From a virus (lineage: Duplodnaviria; Caudoviricetes): DNA of 51,847 nt. Below are positions 8,522 to 16,970 of the stretch, one piece after another. The translations under genes were made by a program, and so were the position numbers. How positions within the stretch are numbered: the stretch's first letter is position 1; the number at the start of each line of letters is the position of its first letter. The notes under the pieces are model-generated. The model saw only the letters and a program-made list of their open reading frames with translations. It was not told the origin of the DNA and ran no database searches. The stretch lies in IMG/VR virus record IMGVR_UViG_3300024518_002447, positions 1 to 51,847 of that record. One strand, given 5' to 3'.

Positions 8522-8785
8522 TTAGTATATCGCCGGTGTTTCATCCGATATGAGAATATATGGAACGGTTGGCGTGGCATCCTTGATCATGAGATATTCG
8601 TCAAAGCCGACCAAGTTAATTATGGTGTTCTCCACATCACGCACCGCCTGCATTTCATGGCCAATGATCCTGGAATGGAGATTGATTGTATCCTGCTGGT
8701 AGTAAAGTTGTATGAGCAGGATGATCAATAATAGTGCGACCAGAGCCCGCCAGAATATAGTGGGTATAGTAACGTAGGTTTTCAT
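8522..8785 (-). CDS. Membrane-anchored hypothetical protein
   Basis: Likely start MKTYV; TM segment ALVALLLIILLIQL. Confidence 0.6.
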   Translation of the reverse strand: MKTYVTIPTIFWRALVALLLIILLIQLYYQQDTINLHSRIIGHEMQAVRDVENTIINLVGFDEYLMIKDATPTVPYILISDETPAIY

Positions 8786-9060
8786 TATTCCGCCTCTATG
8801 CATGTCCAATTTAAATAATGTTCCATTAGTGCCATGATTGAATTTTCGATGGTGGAAAACGGATATCGGTACAGAACGCTATATGTATCAGTTTCTTTAT
8901 TTACATACAGCCATACATTGTTAGATCGGCCAATATATATCTTATCCGGATCGTTCGGTTCCGGTTCGAAATGCACCTGTGAACCTGGATAAACCAAGTG
9001 GCAAATAACGGTGGCGACATCTTCAACCGGAGTGCCTGGAGTTACCTTGAATCTTATCAT
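8785..9060 (-). CDS. Hypothetical protein
   Basis: 91 aa, overlapping start/stop with neighbours. Confidence 0.6.
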   Translation of the reverse strand: MIRFKVTPGTPVEDVATVICHLVYPGSQVHFEPEPNDPDKIYIGRSNNVWLYVNKETDTYSVLYRYPFSTIENSIMALMEHYLNWTCIEAE

Positions 9061-9284
9061 GGTTTTTCCTTCCTCTTACATTTATCCTTAAAATATAATA
9101 TTACTTGGTCTTTAAGCATATCCGACATGCTCCTACAGGGCGGTAACTTAGTTTGGTGGCAAAACCGAAACCACCAATCAGGCTTTGGATTCAGGTCAGG
9201 AATATACGAATCGTCTTGAATGCTCTTTGCCAAGAAAGATAGAATAGTATTTATGTTGTCATCATTCACGAAGTTTTCTGGCAT
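9057..9284 (-). CDS. Hypothetical protein
   Basis: 75 aa, in operon. Confidence 0.55.
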   Translation of the reverse strand: MPENFVNDDNINTILSFLAKSIQDDSYIPDLNPKPDWWFRFCHQTKLPPCRSMSDMLKDQVILYFKDKCKRKEKP

Positions 9285-9286
9285 TT

Positions 9287-10378
9287 TTACACTTCCTTTT
9301 CACCGTATTTATCCTTAACCCAATTCACAAATGTTATAAGTTCATAGGGGGTGGAAGGCAACACATGTATACCACTTTCTTCATGGTATTTCATTATCAT
9401 TGAAAGGTATTCTTTGTTCGGAAGTTCGTCTTTCTTTAGTATGGTCATCACGTCAAGCCCTGCGGGTTCGTAGGCTTTTAATAGAACCTCTTCTGGAACA
9501 GTGATGGGTTCTTCCTGCTTTGGCGGTTCATTGCTTTCAGGATTACCATCGCCATTCGCTTCTAATTTATTCACTACATATTGCAGGTATGATCTTGAGT
9601 AGCCATCAGGCTGTTCTTTGATGTAATCACATGCAGATTCGAAATCGCCTTCTTTGGTATCATTTATATATTTCACATGCGAATTAACAAAATGGATATC
9701 ATGCTTGTATTCCGTTCCTAATTCATCGAGTTTAAGACTGAAATATTTATAGGAATTCTGCCCATCAAATTTGGTTACCCTGAGTGCTGCGGTAAACTCA
9801 TCTTTGGGATTTGCTTCAGGCACAACCTCTGCATCCACCTGCTTGGCATTTTCAAACCCCTGATGTTCATCCAGGTTTAATTCCTCTGCTGTGTATAGCC
9901 CCATCATGCATTGAGGATCAATTCTTCGAACGCCTTTAATTGCCGCGCGGCAATACAACATGTTTTGTGGCTGCTTCTTCCAGTTGTCCTTGACAGTTAA
10001 GCCCATACTAACGGCCATTTCATATGTAAATTTGGATTCGTAACTTTCCTTTCCCTTTCTAAACATTATTATGCATTCTTTTAAGGTTTCCACTATCGTC
10101 TTCCATGTTACTCCGCGTCTTGATGCCAATGTTAATGCGGCTTGTGTATTGATGGAAAGTTTGCCTTTAATAATATTTATATTTTGGAGAGACGCTATCG
10201 GGGATAACCCCACTTCCATTCCGTACTGAATTACGGCAAATGCCTGAGCCGCGGTTTTGACTTCCTGAAACAATCCACTCTTAGCGAACTCAGCTGCAAT
10301 CGGCATATATTTCATAATTTCGTCCGGATTCACTAGCTGGTTTTGCTGAACTGGTACTATCTGGTTGGTTTCGTTCAT
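9287..10378 (-). CDS. RecT-like single-strand annealing recombinase
   Basis: GMEVGLSPIASLQNINIIKGK...KDNWKKQPQNMLYCRA...GLYTAEEL. Confidence 0.8.
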   Translation of the reverse strand: MNETNQIVPVQQNQLVNPDEIMKYMPIAAEFAKSGLFQEVKTAAQAFAVIQYGMEVGLSPIASLQNINIIKGKLSINTQAALTLASRRGVTWKTIVETLKECIIMFRKGKESYESKFTYEMAVSMGLTVKDNWKKQPQNMLYCRAAIKGVRRIDPQCMMGLYTAEELNLDEHQGFENAKQVDAEVVPEANPKDEFTAALRVTKFDGQNSYKYFSLKLDELGTEYKHDIHFVNSHVKYINDTKEGDFESACDYIKEQPDGYSRSYLQYVVNKLEANGDGNPESNEPPKQEEPITVPEEVLLKAYEPAGLDVMTILKKDELPNKEYLSMIMKYHEESGIHVLPSTPYELITFVNWVKDKYGEKEV

Positions 10379-10425
10379 GGTTTTCCTCCATATTTTCGAT
10401 ATAGTTATCCATTGCTTGCGTGTCC

Positions 10426-10762
10426 ATGTTCGGGTATTTGGATTTACGTTGCTGTCTCATGATTCAATGTCACTTTGCCGGAATTTTAATTCCCTCCCTG
10501 TTAAGGTGCATTTGCCTGTATACACAGGGATTCTCTTCTTGCATTTGAATGTGTTTTGTTCTCCATGATTATTTATGCGTGTCCCTTCACAGAGCCATGT
10601 CTTACCGGTAATAAATACCTGCAAAGGCAAATCATAATTGAATAACTCAAGGTATTTGTGGCTATTGTGCCCATTCTCCCACCGGTATATACAATGCACT
10701 TCGCGCAATATCAGCACACGGTCTCCGATTTTATATTCTTCAATGTTCGGGTATTTGGATTT
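10426..10762. repeat. Perfect 20-bp direct repeat pair
   Basis: ATGTTCGGGTATTTGGATTT at 10426-10445 and 10743-10762. Confidence 0.9.
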
Positions 10763-10774
10763 TAATTTACTCAT
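10457..10774 (-). CDS. Hypothetical protein flanked by 20-bp direct repeats
   Basis: 105 aa; YKIGDRV motif; repeats at 10426-10445 and 10743-10762. Confidence 0.6.
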   Translation of the reverse strand: MSKLKSKYPNIEEYKIGDRVLILREVHCIYRWENGHNSHKYLELFNYDLPLQVFITGKTWLCEGTRINNHGEQNTFKCKKRIPVYTGKCTLTGRELKFRQSDIES

Positions 10775-10973
10775 GTTTCATTCTCCGGTGCATCTTCGCT
10801 ATAGCGCCCGCATAAACGCAACACGGTATAACTTCGCACAGTTTATCTCCGCTATCCTTCGATATCGGAAACAGCAGAGTTATTTCTTCACCTGATTCAA
10901 CATCACGAATAATAATTTCGGCCTCTCCCAGGGTTGGGTAATATGCTGTACCTATTTCATGTGTCGTTTCCAT
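10767..10973 (-). CDS. Hypothetical protein
   Basis: 68 aa, GGAGG RBS. Confidence 0.55.
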   Translation of the reverse strand: METTHEIGTAYYPTLGEAEIIIRDVESGEEITLLFPISKDSGDKLCEVIPCCVYAGAIAKMHRRMKHE

Positions 10974-11308
10974 GATTTATATTCCTCCAATAGTTTGCGC
11001 ACTTCATCAATGCGCATCTCCACTGCATGGACTCCGTTTCCGAAAGAGATATACGTATAGTCTTCTGTTTCATATATCCGGGTCACATCGGAAGGTTTGA
11101 AGGATATCGTATCCAGGTGGATCATGTCATCGTATGTATCATCATCGTATGTAAGACTTACAATGGGAACTTCATAACGCTGGGATTTGATTTCAATAAT
11201 ATCACGCTCTTCGCGTTCAAGTGATATATCGCATAAGACAATTATGCACAGGCAAATCAGTACGATGTTAATAATGGCAATTATATGCAGCGTTGTATTT
11301 GTATTCAT
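10952..11308 (-). CDS. Membrane-anchored hypothetical protein
   Basis: Likely start MNTNTTL after GGAGG; TM segment IIAIINIVLICLCIIVL. Confidence 0.6.
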   Translation of the reverse strand: MNTNTTLHIIAIINIVLICLCIIVLCDISLEREERDIIEIKSQRYEVPIVSLTYDDDTYDDMIHLDTISFKPSDVTRIYETEDYTYISFGNGVHAVEMRIDEVRKLLEEYKSWKRHMK

Positions 11309-11327
11309 TGTTTCCTCCGTTGGATAT

Positions 11328-12587
11328 CTAGAAACTAGTTTCCATGATCTGGCCATCTTCGATTATCACTTGGCACTCAGAGCCTGTGCCACCCTTCTCT
11401 AATAGGATTTGCCCATCGTTCTGATTCGCAACGCATTCCAGTTCGGCAAGTGATTTATCATCCAGGTAGGGTGAATCCTTAATGAGCACAACGTTGATAT
11501 ACTCGGAACCAATCGGCGGCTTCAAGAGTTTGAAAGCCATCGACACGGCTACCTTGCGTTGGCCTGATGCGCTCTCTTGACTGAATGGCAGACCGTTGAA
11601 TATGATCTCCTCGGAGTCGAAGGACAGTCCTTCAACGGGGAAATCTGCCTCCTTTAGTAGCCGCTGCTTCTCAGTGGTGATTCGTTCCAGCCGGGATGTC
11701 AGATCATCAGCAAGAACCTGTTCATTATTAAGATTCACTTTTAATTGAAAGCGTTCTTTGTTCTCTCGAACCTTTCTGTTTGTATCTGTGCAGTCGTTGA
11801 TATTTTGTCTAATGGTGTCTTCGTCCGAAGGCATCATTTTATCAAGGAAAGATTCGGCATCTATAATTTCTTTTTGTATTGCTGCTATATGTTGTTTATC
11901 ATCTTCAAGTCTTTGCTCTAAGCGTTCAATCTCATATTGCCATTCGTTTTGGATTGAATATTTGCCTTCGAGACTTTTCTTCTTATTGCGGATATCAGTA
12001 TTGTTTGCAAGTGCCGCATCCAATTCAACCATCAAGTCATTAACAGATACCTCTTCATCTGGTACACCTAAGTGCCGCTCTGTCATGTCAAGTTTGGCCG
12101 TGTATTCTTTGACACCACGGTTCGTTACCGTTCTTTCTTCGTAGAGTGAATTGTACTCTTCGTCCAATTCCGTGAAATCAATTCCGACCAATTGTTTCAG
12201 CGTCTCCAACTGTTTCTTTGGTGTTTCCTCCAGGAACTTCAATGGATTAAACAACTGTTTATTATAAAGCCTATCGAGGTACGTTTGTGCTTGACTTATC
12301 ACCCCTTGTTCGTTGGTAAGTGTAAGTTTCCGCTCACCGTTCTTTTTGATTATCAACGCGGCTTTCAGGTCATCAAATGTCCATGCCATCTCCGCCTTTA
12401 CTTCACCGTCCCTTACTGGTAGGTTACATTGTTGGCCTTTCCCACCAATTGTGGCCATGAACGATTCGAGGATAGAAGATTTACCCTGGCCGTTCTCTCC
12501 CCCAATTACAATCAAGGCACCTTCAGGTTTCATTTCGACCGATTTAATTCGCTTGTAATTCTTGATACTGAACCCTTGGATTTTCAT
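11328..12587 (-). CDS. SMC/Rad50-like ATPase with central coiled coil
   Basis: IKNYKRIK, Walker A GENGQGKSS, long coiled coil, signature-like SQESASGQ, Walker B-like VVLIKDS..LD. Confidence 0.88.
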   Translation of the reverse strand: MKIQGFSIKNYKRIKSVEMKPEGALIVIGGENGQGKSSILESFMATIGGKGQQCNLPVRDGEVKAEMAWTFDDLKAALIIKKNGERKLTLTNEQGVISQAQTYLDRLYNKQLFNPLKFLEETPKKQLETLKQLVGIDFTELDEEYNSLYEERTVTNRGVKEYTAKLDMTERHLGVPDEEVSVNDLMVELDAALANNTDIRNKKKSLEGKYSIQNEWQYEIERLEQRLEDDKQHIAAIQKEIIDAESFLDKMMPSDEDTIRQNINDCTDTNRKVRENKERFQLKVNLNNEQVLADDLTSRLERITTEKQRLLKEADFPVEGLSFDSEEIIFNGLPFSQESASGQRKVAVSMAFKLLKPPIGSEYINVVLIKDSPYLDDKSLAELECVANQNDGQILLEKGGTGSECQVIIEDGQIMETSF

Positions 12588-12596
12588 GGTTTCTCC

Positions 12597-12752
12597 TTAT
12601 ATTTCGATTAAAATGCTTTTACCAGACTCGCCTAATTTCCGCACTGCCTGAATAGGTTCTTTTTCCTCATCTTCATCGGAATCTCCTTTCAAATCAGGGC
12701 GACGACGTTCCCAATCGTGGAAATCTAACTCTTCAAAGTAGTCCATCTCCAT
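12597..12752 (-). CDS. Small acidic protein (51 aa)
   Basis: MEMDYFEELDFHDWERRRPDLKGDSDEDEEKE...; GAGG RBS; below the track cutoff. Confidence 0.5.
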   Translation of the reverse strand: MEMDYFEELDFHDWERRRPDLKGDSDEDEEKEPIQAVRKLGESGKSILIEI

Positions 12753-12849
12753 GCCTCAATTCAGGTTCACCCTCGGCACGTACTGCTTTTCAGGCGAAGT
12801 GGTCATCATCAATTTCACCATTGCCTGCAATTCCTCTTCGCTAAGCTTA

Positions 12850-13152
12850 CTAAAAGCATATATATTTTTTGATACAAACATCATCATGGGTGTTATCAGT
12901 ATCTTGCTCATTGTTTCCCTCCACTTTATTGGTGATATCCTGTGCTCTGGAAGAATATACACTCGTGAGATCCCTCGACAATTCAATCATTATCTCGTAC
13001 ATCTCTGGTACGGCTGCGATTACCCTTGCATCGACTTGCCGACCTACTATTGCAACCCACTTAATCCCACTTTTTATTGAGCGGCAACGATTGTCGCCAT
13101 TCATATCCGTTGTTGGATGACTGCATGTCCACGGCCCTGGTGTATACTTCAT
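12850..13152 (-). CDS. Phage protein of the MK.TPGPW...ANARLIAAAP type
   Basis: MKYTPGPW...DARVIAAVPEMYE. Confidence 0.7.
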   Translation of the reverse strand: MKYTPGPWTCSHPTTDMNGDNRCRSIKSGIKWVAIVGRQVDARVIAAVPEMYEIMIELSRDLTSVYSSRAQDITNKVEGNNEQDTDNTHDDVCIKKYICF

Positions 13153-13346
13153 AGTTCGTTTCCTTCCGCTGGATCTATTTCTTCGTCTGTTTCGCTTCCT
13201 TCCTCTTCTTCACAGTTAGGGCAATAATCATCACCCTCAAAAGTTGTCACGATGCAACCCGTACAGCAATCACATCCGCAGTTAGGGCACATCTTAGGTT
13301 CAAAACCTGAGAATCCACACATAGGGCATTTAAAATCTTCGCTCAT
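13149..13346 (-). CDS. Cys-rich zinc-finger protein with acidic tail
   Basis: CPMC-x9-CPNC-x4-CTGC-x10-CPNC-EEEE. Confidence 0.7.
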   Translation of the reverse strand: MSEDFKCPMCGFSGFEPKMCPNCGCDCCTGCIVTTFEGDDYCPNCEEEEGSETDEEIDPAEGNEL

Positions 13347-13349
13347 TAT

Positions 13350-13622
13350 TCATTTCCTTTCCTCTGGATTGCACATCTTTTCAAACTCGTTTTCACTCAA
13401 CCCCAGGGGCTTTGTACGCAGCGCCTGCTCATATTCATGGTCCTGTGTCCAGGACGCAAATGGCGCATAACTCTCATCGTAAACAACTGACTCAATCGGC
13501 TTTCTCGGTGGCAGGTCTTTCAATGGAATCTGTGGTGTCGGCGCGAACCGGCGATTCCGTATCCCTTGGTTGCGTTCTGCTTTCTCTTTGCTATATCCCC
13601 ATGGTGAGTCACTGGATTTCAT
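13350..13622 (-). CDS. Hypothetical protein
   Basis: Likely start MKSSDSPW after GGAGG. Confidence 0.5.
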   Translation of the reverse strand: MKSSDSPWGYSKEKAERNQGIRNRRFAPTPQIPLKDLPPRKPIESVVYDESYAPFASWTQDHEYEQALRTKPLGLSENEFEKMCNPEERK

Positions 13623-13788
13623 GGAAAAATCCTCCCCAATAAAGCAGGCCAAGGTATGCAATAAAAGCAAAAACAGCACAGCCAAAATTCCGCTTAACTA
13701 CCTTGTCTTTGCCATCGTTAATGTAATAGTCGGTTACTTTAATGATCAGCAAAGTAATCATTATTATTTGCGGCATTCCTATATACAT
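13609..13788 (-). CDS. Small two-TM membrane protein
   Basis: MYIGMPQIIMITLLII...FIAYLGLLYWGGFF; TGATG overlap. Confidence 0.6.
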   Translation of the reverse strand: MYIGMPQIIMITLLIIKVTDYYINDGKDKVVKRNFGCAVFAFIAYLGLLYWGGFFHEIQ

Positions 13789-14267
13789 CACATTGCTCCC
13801 AGGAAATCGTAGTTTTTTACAATGGTCATCAACGACCAGGGGTACGATTTGTTGCCTTCCGTCCAATGCTTAACTATTTCCTCCCCTTCCATTTTCCCAA
13901 CCTGACCGTTCCTATGCCACAAAACCAAGGTATACACGCCATATTCAACCCATTTCTGAAGCGATTCCAATTGGCTTTTTGTTAGTCCTGCTCCCTCGTA
14001 CTTTGTATTAAATGGGAGATTGTTTCGATTAACATCTTTGCACTCGATGATAACCGTCCTGCCAAAGTGCGTACCAGGGATAATGATCCCAGCAAAGTCC
14101 AGCCATTCATTGCCTTTCAAATACACCAGTTCCATCTTCCCTTTATAGTACACGTGCCGCGTATCGGGGCCGGTCTTTTTGATTCTGGCGATACCCTTCG
14201 CTTCATAGAGGTCGCATTGCTGCTTTATACTATTTTCGAATGGCTTGCCTGTGTTTTTGGCTTTCAT
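13788..14267 (-). CDS. RecU-like Holliday junction resolvase (PD-(D/E)xK)
   Basis: GKPFENSI...GIARIKK...LDFAG...IIECKD...QLESL. Confidence 0.85.
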   Translation of the reverse strand: MKAKNTGKPFENSIKQQCDLYEAKGIARIKKTGPDTRHVYYKGKMELVYLKGNEWLDFAGIIIPGTHFGRTVIIECKDVNRNNLPFNTKYEGAGLTKSQLESLQKWVEYGVYTLVLWHRNGQVGKMEGEEIVKHWTEGNKSYPWSLMTIVKNYDFLGAM

Positions 14268-14285
14268 TATTCGTTCCTTTATTTC

Positions 14286-14775
14286 TTGAAGCCGACGACC
14301 ACCCTTACCACAACGTTCCGTGTCCGGACACTTAGAGCACCGTAGGAATTTGCATGTTTTACGTGGCGAAATCCCCGTAAAGGCATTTCATAGCCATCGG
14401 CTTCAAACTAATTTTATAATTTGACACCGGCCAGCCGGGATCCACATCAGGCGCATCTAGCGTGTCTCCTGGAATCATGTTATGGGCTGTATACCGCCCT
14501 CCCTCGATCATTGCGTAGATACCGTGTTGGACTTCGACATTTTGTTAGGCCACTTAGGGATCCTCCCAGATCCGAAATCTGGTAATAATCTGCTTTCGGA
14601 TAGCAAATTACTGCCGGTGCCAAACTGTTTCTATAACCTTTTTCAAAGCACCGAGGTCATGGCGTTACCGCCAACCAACTACTTATCCATTGAAAACCAT
14701 CGACCAACGACATCCCGCTCACTCGGTGCTTTGAAAAAGGCGGCTACGGGCGCGGAGGGTACTGGACCCGTAGCC
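14286..14775 (-). ncRNA. Array of four structured RNA units, each closed by a long terminal stem
   Basis: Closing stems: 14286-99/14393-406 (14 bp), 14420-31/14613-24 (12 bp), 14637-55/14722-40 (19 bp perfect), 14742-50/14767-75 (9 bp). Non-WC pairs are G-U on the minus strand; GUAA tetraloop at 14660-73. Confidence 0.65.
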
Positions 14776-14789
14776 AATATGGGATGTTC

Positions 14790-14858
14790 TACCGCTAATG
14801 CCGGGGTCGAACCGGCCCCGTGGGGTATGAGGCCACAGGCAACTCGATTGATAGCGGC
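14790..14858 (-). tRNA. tRNA-like element with CAT anticodon (degenerate / pseudo-tRNA)
   Basis: Acceptor GCCGCTA/TAGCGGT, T arm GCCGG-TTCGACC-CCGGC, anticodon loop CTCATAC. D loop only 3 nt, a C.C mismatch in the anticodon stem, 2 extra nt, no encoded CCA. Confidence 0.6.
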
Positions 14859-14896
14859 TTGTACTGCCAACCCATCCAGGCTGTACTGCCTTCTCT

Positions 14897-15184
14897 TCAT
14901 TTGCTTCCTAGCCAGCCAAACATGGCCAGCGGCTTGAATTTGCCTTTATTGGATTTCGCTTCAATTTTGTGGAGTGCTTGCACGGTCTGGAATATTTCTT
15001 TGTGGTAAGCCTGCGGGACGCTATCAAGTGCGTTTCCGATTCGCCTGATTGCGATTGCTGCCTTTTCTTTATCGTTGACGGGTTCCGGTTCTCTGAAATC
15101 ATTTCCATCAACAGGCAGATACGTTCCTTCGTCACCAATGTCTTCCAAATTCCGCCCCAATGCTTTCTTGCCGTTTGTGCTCAT
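14897..15184 (-). CDS. Hypothetical protein with ParB-like N-terminal peptide
   Basis: Starts MSTNGKKALGRNLEDIG (cf. ParB/Spo0J KKALGRGLDAL); no ParB core domain. Confidence 0.6.
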   Translation of the reverse strand: MSTNGKKALGRNLEDIGDEGTYLPVDGNDFREPEPVNDKEKAAIAIRRIGNALDSVPQAYHKEIFQTVQALHKIEAKSNKGKFKPLAMFGWLGSK

Positions 15185-15540
15185 GGTTGAGCCTCCCGAT
15201 GTTCTAGTGCTTCAAAAACGTGAATAACATACTTTCCCTTGTCCAGCAGCACTGTGTCTATATACTTCATGTTTTCTTTTATTTGCGAGCCGGTTACGCA
15301 CACCGTGAAATTTCTTGTTTCTGGTGCGTTCTCCGGGCTTACCTGCGCCCATATATAAGGGATGTTATTTTGCGATTTAATGCAGAGTATCGACGCACCC
15401 ATAGGCATTGTGATTGATTCATTCAGTTCACAGGGATTTATGGGATATTTATAAATGCGTAAGTTCGCACTTGATAAATCGGGCTCTGTTTTCATGGTTC
15501 TTTCCTCCGAGTTTATTAGCTCAACCCTGGGTGCATTCAC
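15181..15540 (-). CDS. Conserved phage hypothetical protein
   Basis: IYKYPI...MPMGASIL...IWAQV...TG...YIDTV...VIHVFE, a common phage family. Confidence 0.7.
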   Translation of the reverse strand: MNAPRVELINSEERTMKTEPDLSSANLRIYKYPINPCELNESITMPMGASILCIKSQNNIPYIWAQVSPENAPETRNFTVCVTGSQIKENMKYIDTVLLDKGKYVIHVFEALEHREAQP

Positions 15541-15547
15541 CCCGATT

Positions 15548-15763
15548 TCAGTTTTTTACTTGATCGCCCTGAGCGGAGCGCATATCATGATATGCTCTCC
15601 TAACGCTTTTCTGACCGGGCACCTTAGCGCGAAAGGTAGCGCTGTAGCCGTCTCTCGTTGTCCATGCACTGCAGGTGACGTACGCGCCGCTCAGGACGAC
15701 CAAGTATATGTTCTTCTCTCTATCACTTGCTCCCGTACTCTCGCCCGTGCGCTCAGGGGTCAT
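15548..15763 (-). CDS. Hypothetical protein
   Basis: 71-aa ORF in operon position. Confidence 0.4.
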   Translation of the reverse strand: MTPERTGESTGASDREKNIYLVVLSGAYVTCSAWTTRDGYSATFRAKVPGQKSVRRAYHDMRSAQGDQVKN

Positions 15764-15871
15764 TGATCAGGGTGGCTGCCTATCCTACTCTCCGGCATAG
15801 CCGCTGTTTCGGAATCGGTTGATAAAGCTTTTTGAATTGCCAATTGGGCTTGACCTTTCAAAGAGACCATA

Positions 15872-16039
15872 TCATTCCACCTGCGTTAACTCAGCGGCAA
15901 TTTTTTCCTTTATGGCAAAGCGAATATAGCATGACACTGATATACATTTATCCTGAGCATGAATCCGGGCTTGTTTGAGCAAAGTCTTTGTTATCATTAA
16001 CGGGAATTGCTTAAGGTCTTTATTTTTTGTTCTGGGCAT
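15872..16039 (-). CDS. Ribbon-helix-helix (Arc/CopG-like) regulator, 55 aa, first gene of the early arm
   Basis: MPRTKNKDLKQFPLMITKTLLKQARIHAQDKCISVSCYIRFAIKEKI; AAGGAG RBS; below the track cutoff. Confidence 0.75.
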   Translation of the reverse strand: MPRTKNKDLKQFPLMITKTLLKQARIHAQDKCISVSCYIRFAIKEKIAAELTQVE

Positions 16040-16056
16040 TTTCTATTCTCCTTACA

Positions 16057-16100
16057 ATATATAATTAACACCTGATTACCAATTTTGTCAAGGGGTTTTC
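16057..16100 (-). promoter_or_regulatory. Sigma70-type promoter of the early/replication operon
   Basis: GAAAACCCC-TTGACA (16091-16086), then 17 nt, then AT-rich TTAATTATATATT (imperfect -10). Confidence 0.6.
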
Positions 16101-16164
16101 TCAAAATAGTGGAAATATAATATGTTGAATTGGATAGAGCCAAGAACGACAATGAGGAATCCGC

Positions 16165-16224
16165 TATTGACGCAAAGCCTATTTCGCGTCAATAAAAAGA
16201 CCCCCGGCCTGAATAGACCGGGGA
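16165..16224 (-). terminator. Rho-independent terminator of the late operon plus a second hairpin
   Basis: Minus strand CCCCGGTCT-ATTC-AGGCCGGGG-GTCTTTTT, followed by a TATTGACGCGAA/TTTGCGTCAATA stem. Confidence 0.75.
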
Positions 16225-16267
16225 AAAGGGTTGAAAGGTATTAGAATGTCCCGCGTTAAGCGGAAGT

Positions 16268-16543
16268 CTAAATATCTATCTTATCTTCTTTCTTCCTGCC
16301 GAAAGCAATGCTGAATATTGATTTCCCCGATTTCGCCAAATCCGCATAGACTGCCAATATTAAAGACAATGCTATCAACAGAAAGAATCCAAGAACAATC
16401 CATGTATTAGGATAGTCCAGTACTCGATTGAGTGAACCTATTAACATGCCAATTATTGTATAAACACCTACTTGACGAGCACCTTCCTTCGAGCCTTCCT
16501 GCCGCCCTTCGGTTATAAGATTCTGCTTTTCTTGATCAGACAT
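16268..16543 (-). CDS. Two-TM membrane protein, holin candidate
   Basis: Two hydrophobic segments, charged C-terminus RKKEDKIDI, last gene of the late operon. Confidence 0.5.
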   Translation of the reverse strand: MSDQEKQNLITEGRQEGSKEGARQVGVYTIIGMLIGSLNRVLDYPNTWIVLGFFLLIALSLILAVYADLAKSGKSIFSIAFGRKKEDKIDI

Positions 16544-16553
16544 GATCCGCTCC

Positions 16554-16970
16554 CTATTTATTGATCAGCACTGCTAAATCTATAGTGTTTTTATTGATTA
16601 GTTTCGTCATCTCTTTTTGAGATATCTCTATTTCTGAAACCGCTTTATACAATATCTCTGATTTGGTTTTGAATTCCGCAAAAGCGTAGATAAACCCAAT
16701 GATGATCACTATCGGCATAAAAAACCGCTGGAATCGTTCTCCTAACGAAAGCTCCTTTCTTTCGTTCAATTTATTCAGTGTAGTTTCGATCCCGGATAGT
16801 TTTTCTTCGAGCAAGGGGCATCTCACACATCCCGTATCTTCCATTTTCTTTATCCTCTCCACCAGTTTGTTATGATGCTCTGTGAGCCTAACAAGTTGGA
16901 TAACAATTGGCCCTATGACATCGTCACAGGGTTTCCCCGCATCACCCATTTTCAGTTCTGACTCAATCAT
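16554..16970 (-). CDS. Coiled-coil single-TM protein (lysis-region type)
   Basis: Coiled coil, CVRCP, TM segment FFMPIVIIIGFIYAFA, second coiled coil. Confidence 0.55.
   Translation of the reverse strand: MIESELKMGDAGKPCDDVIGPIVIQLVRLTEHHNKLVERIKKMEDTGCVRCPLLEEKLSGIETTLNKLNERKELSLGERFQRFFMPIVIIIGFIYAFAEFKTKSEILYKAVSEIEISQKEMTKLINKNTIDLAVLINK

Noticed and set aside
6556-8524. Stop-codon reassignment suggested by a few in-frame stops
   Set aside because: The cases involve TAA, TAG and TGA alike, and all long genes are intact under the standard code.
14637-14740. Resemblance of GCACCGAG/TCGGTGCTTT/TTGAAAAAG to the 3' end of the S. pyogenes tracrRNA
   Set aside because: The words are in a different order and form one long closing stem; no anti-repeat, cas gene or CRISPR repeat is present. 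Treated as coincidence pending an Infernal search.
14482-14937. ORFs 14482-14937 (+) and 14679-14900 (-)
   Set aside because: No recognisable motifs; the plus ORF is antisense to the operon and both run through strong RNA stems. Better explained as ncRNA, though the ATGA-coupled minus ORF cannot be fully excluded.
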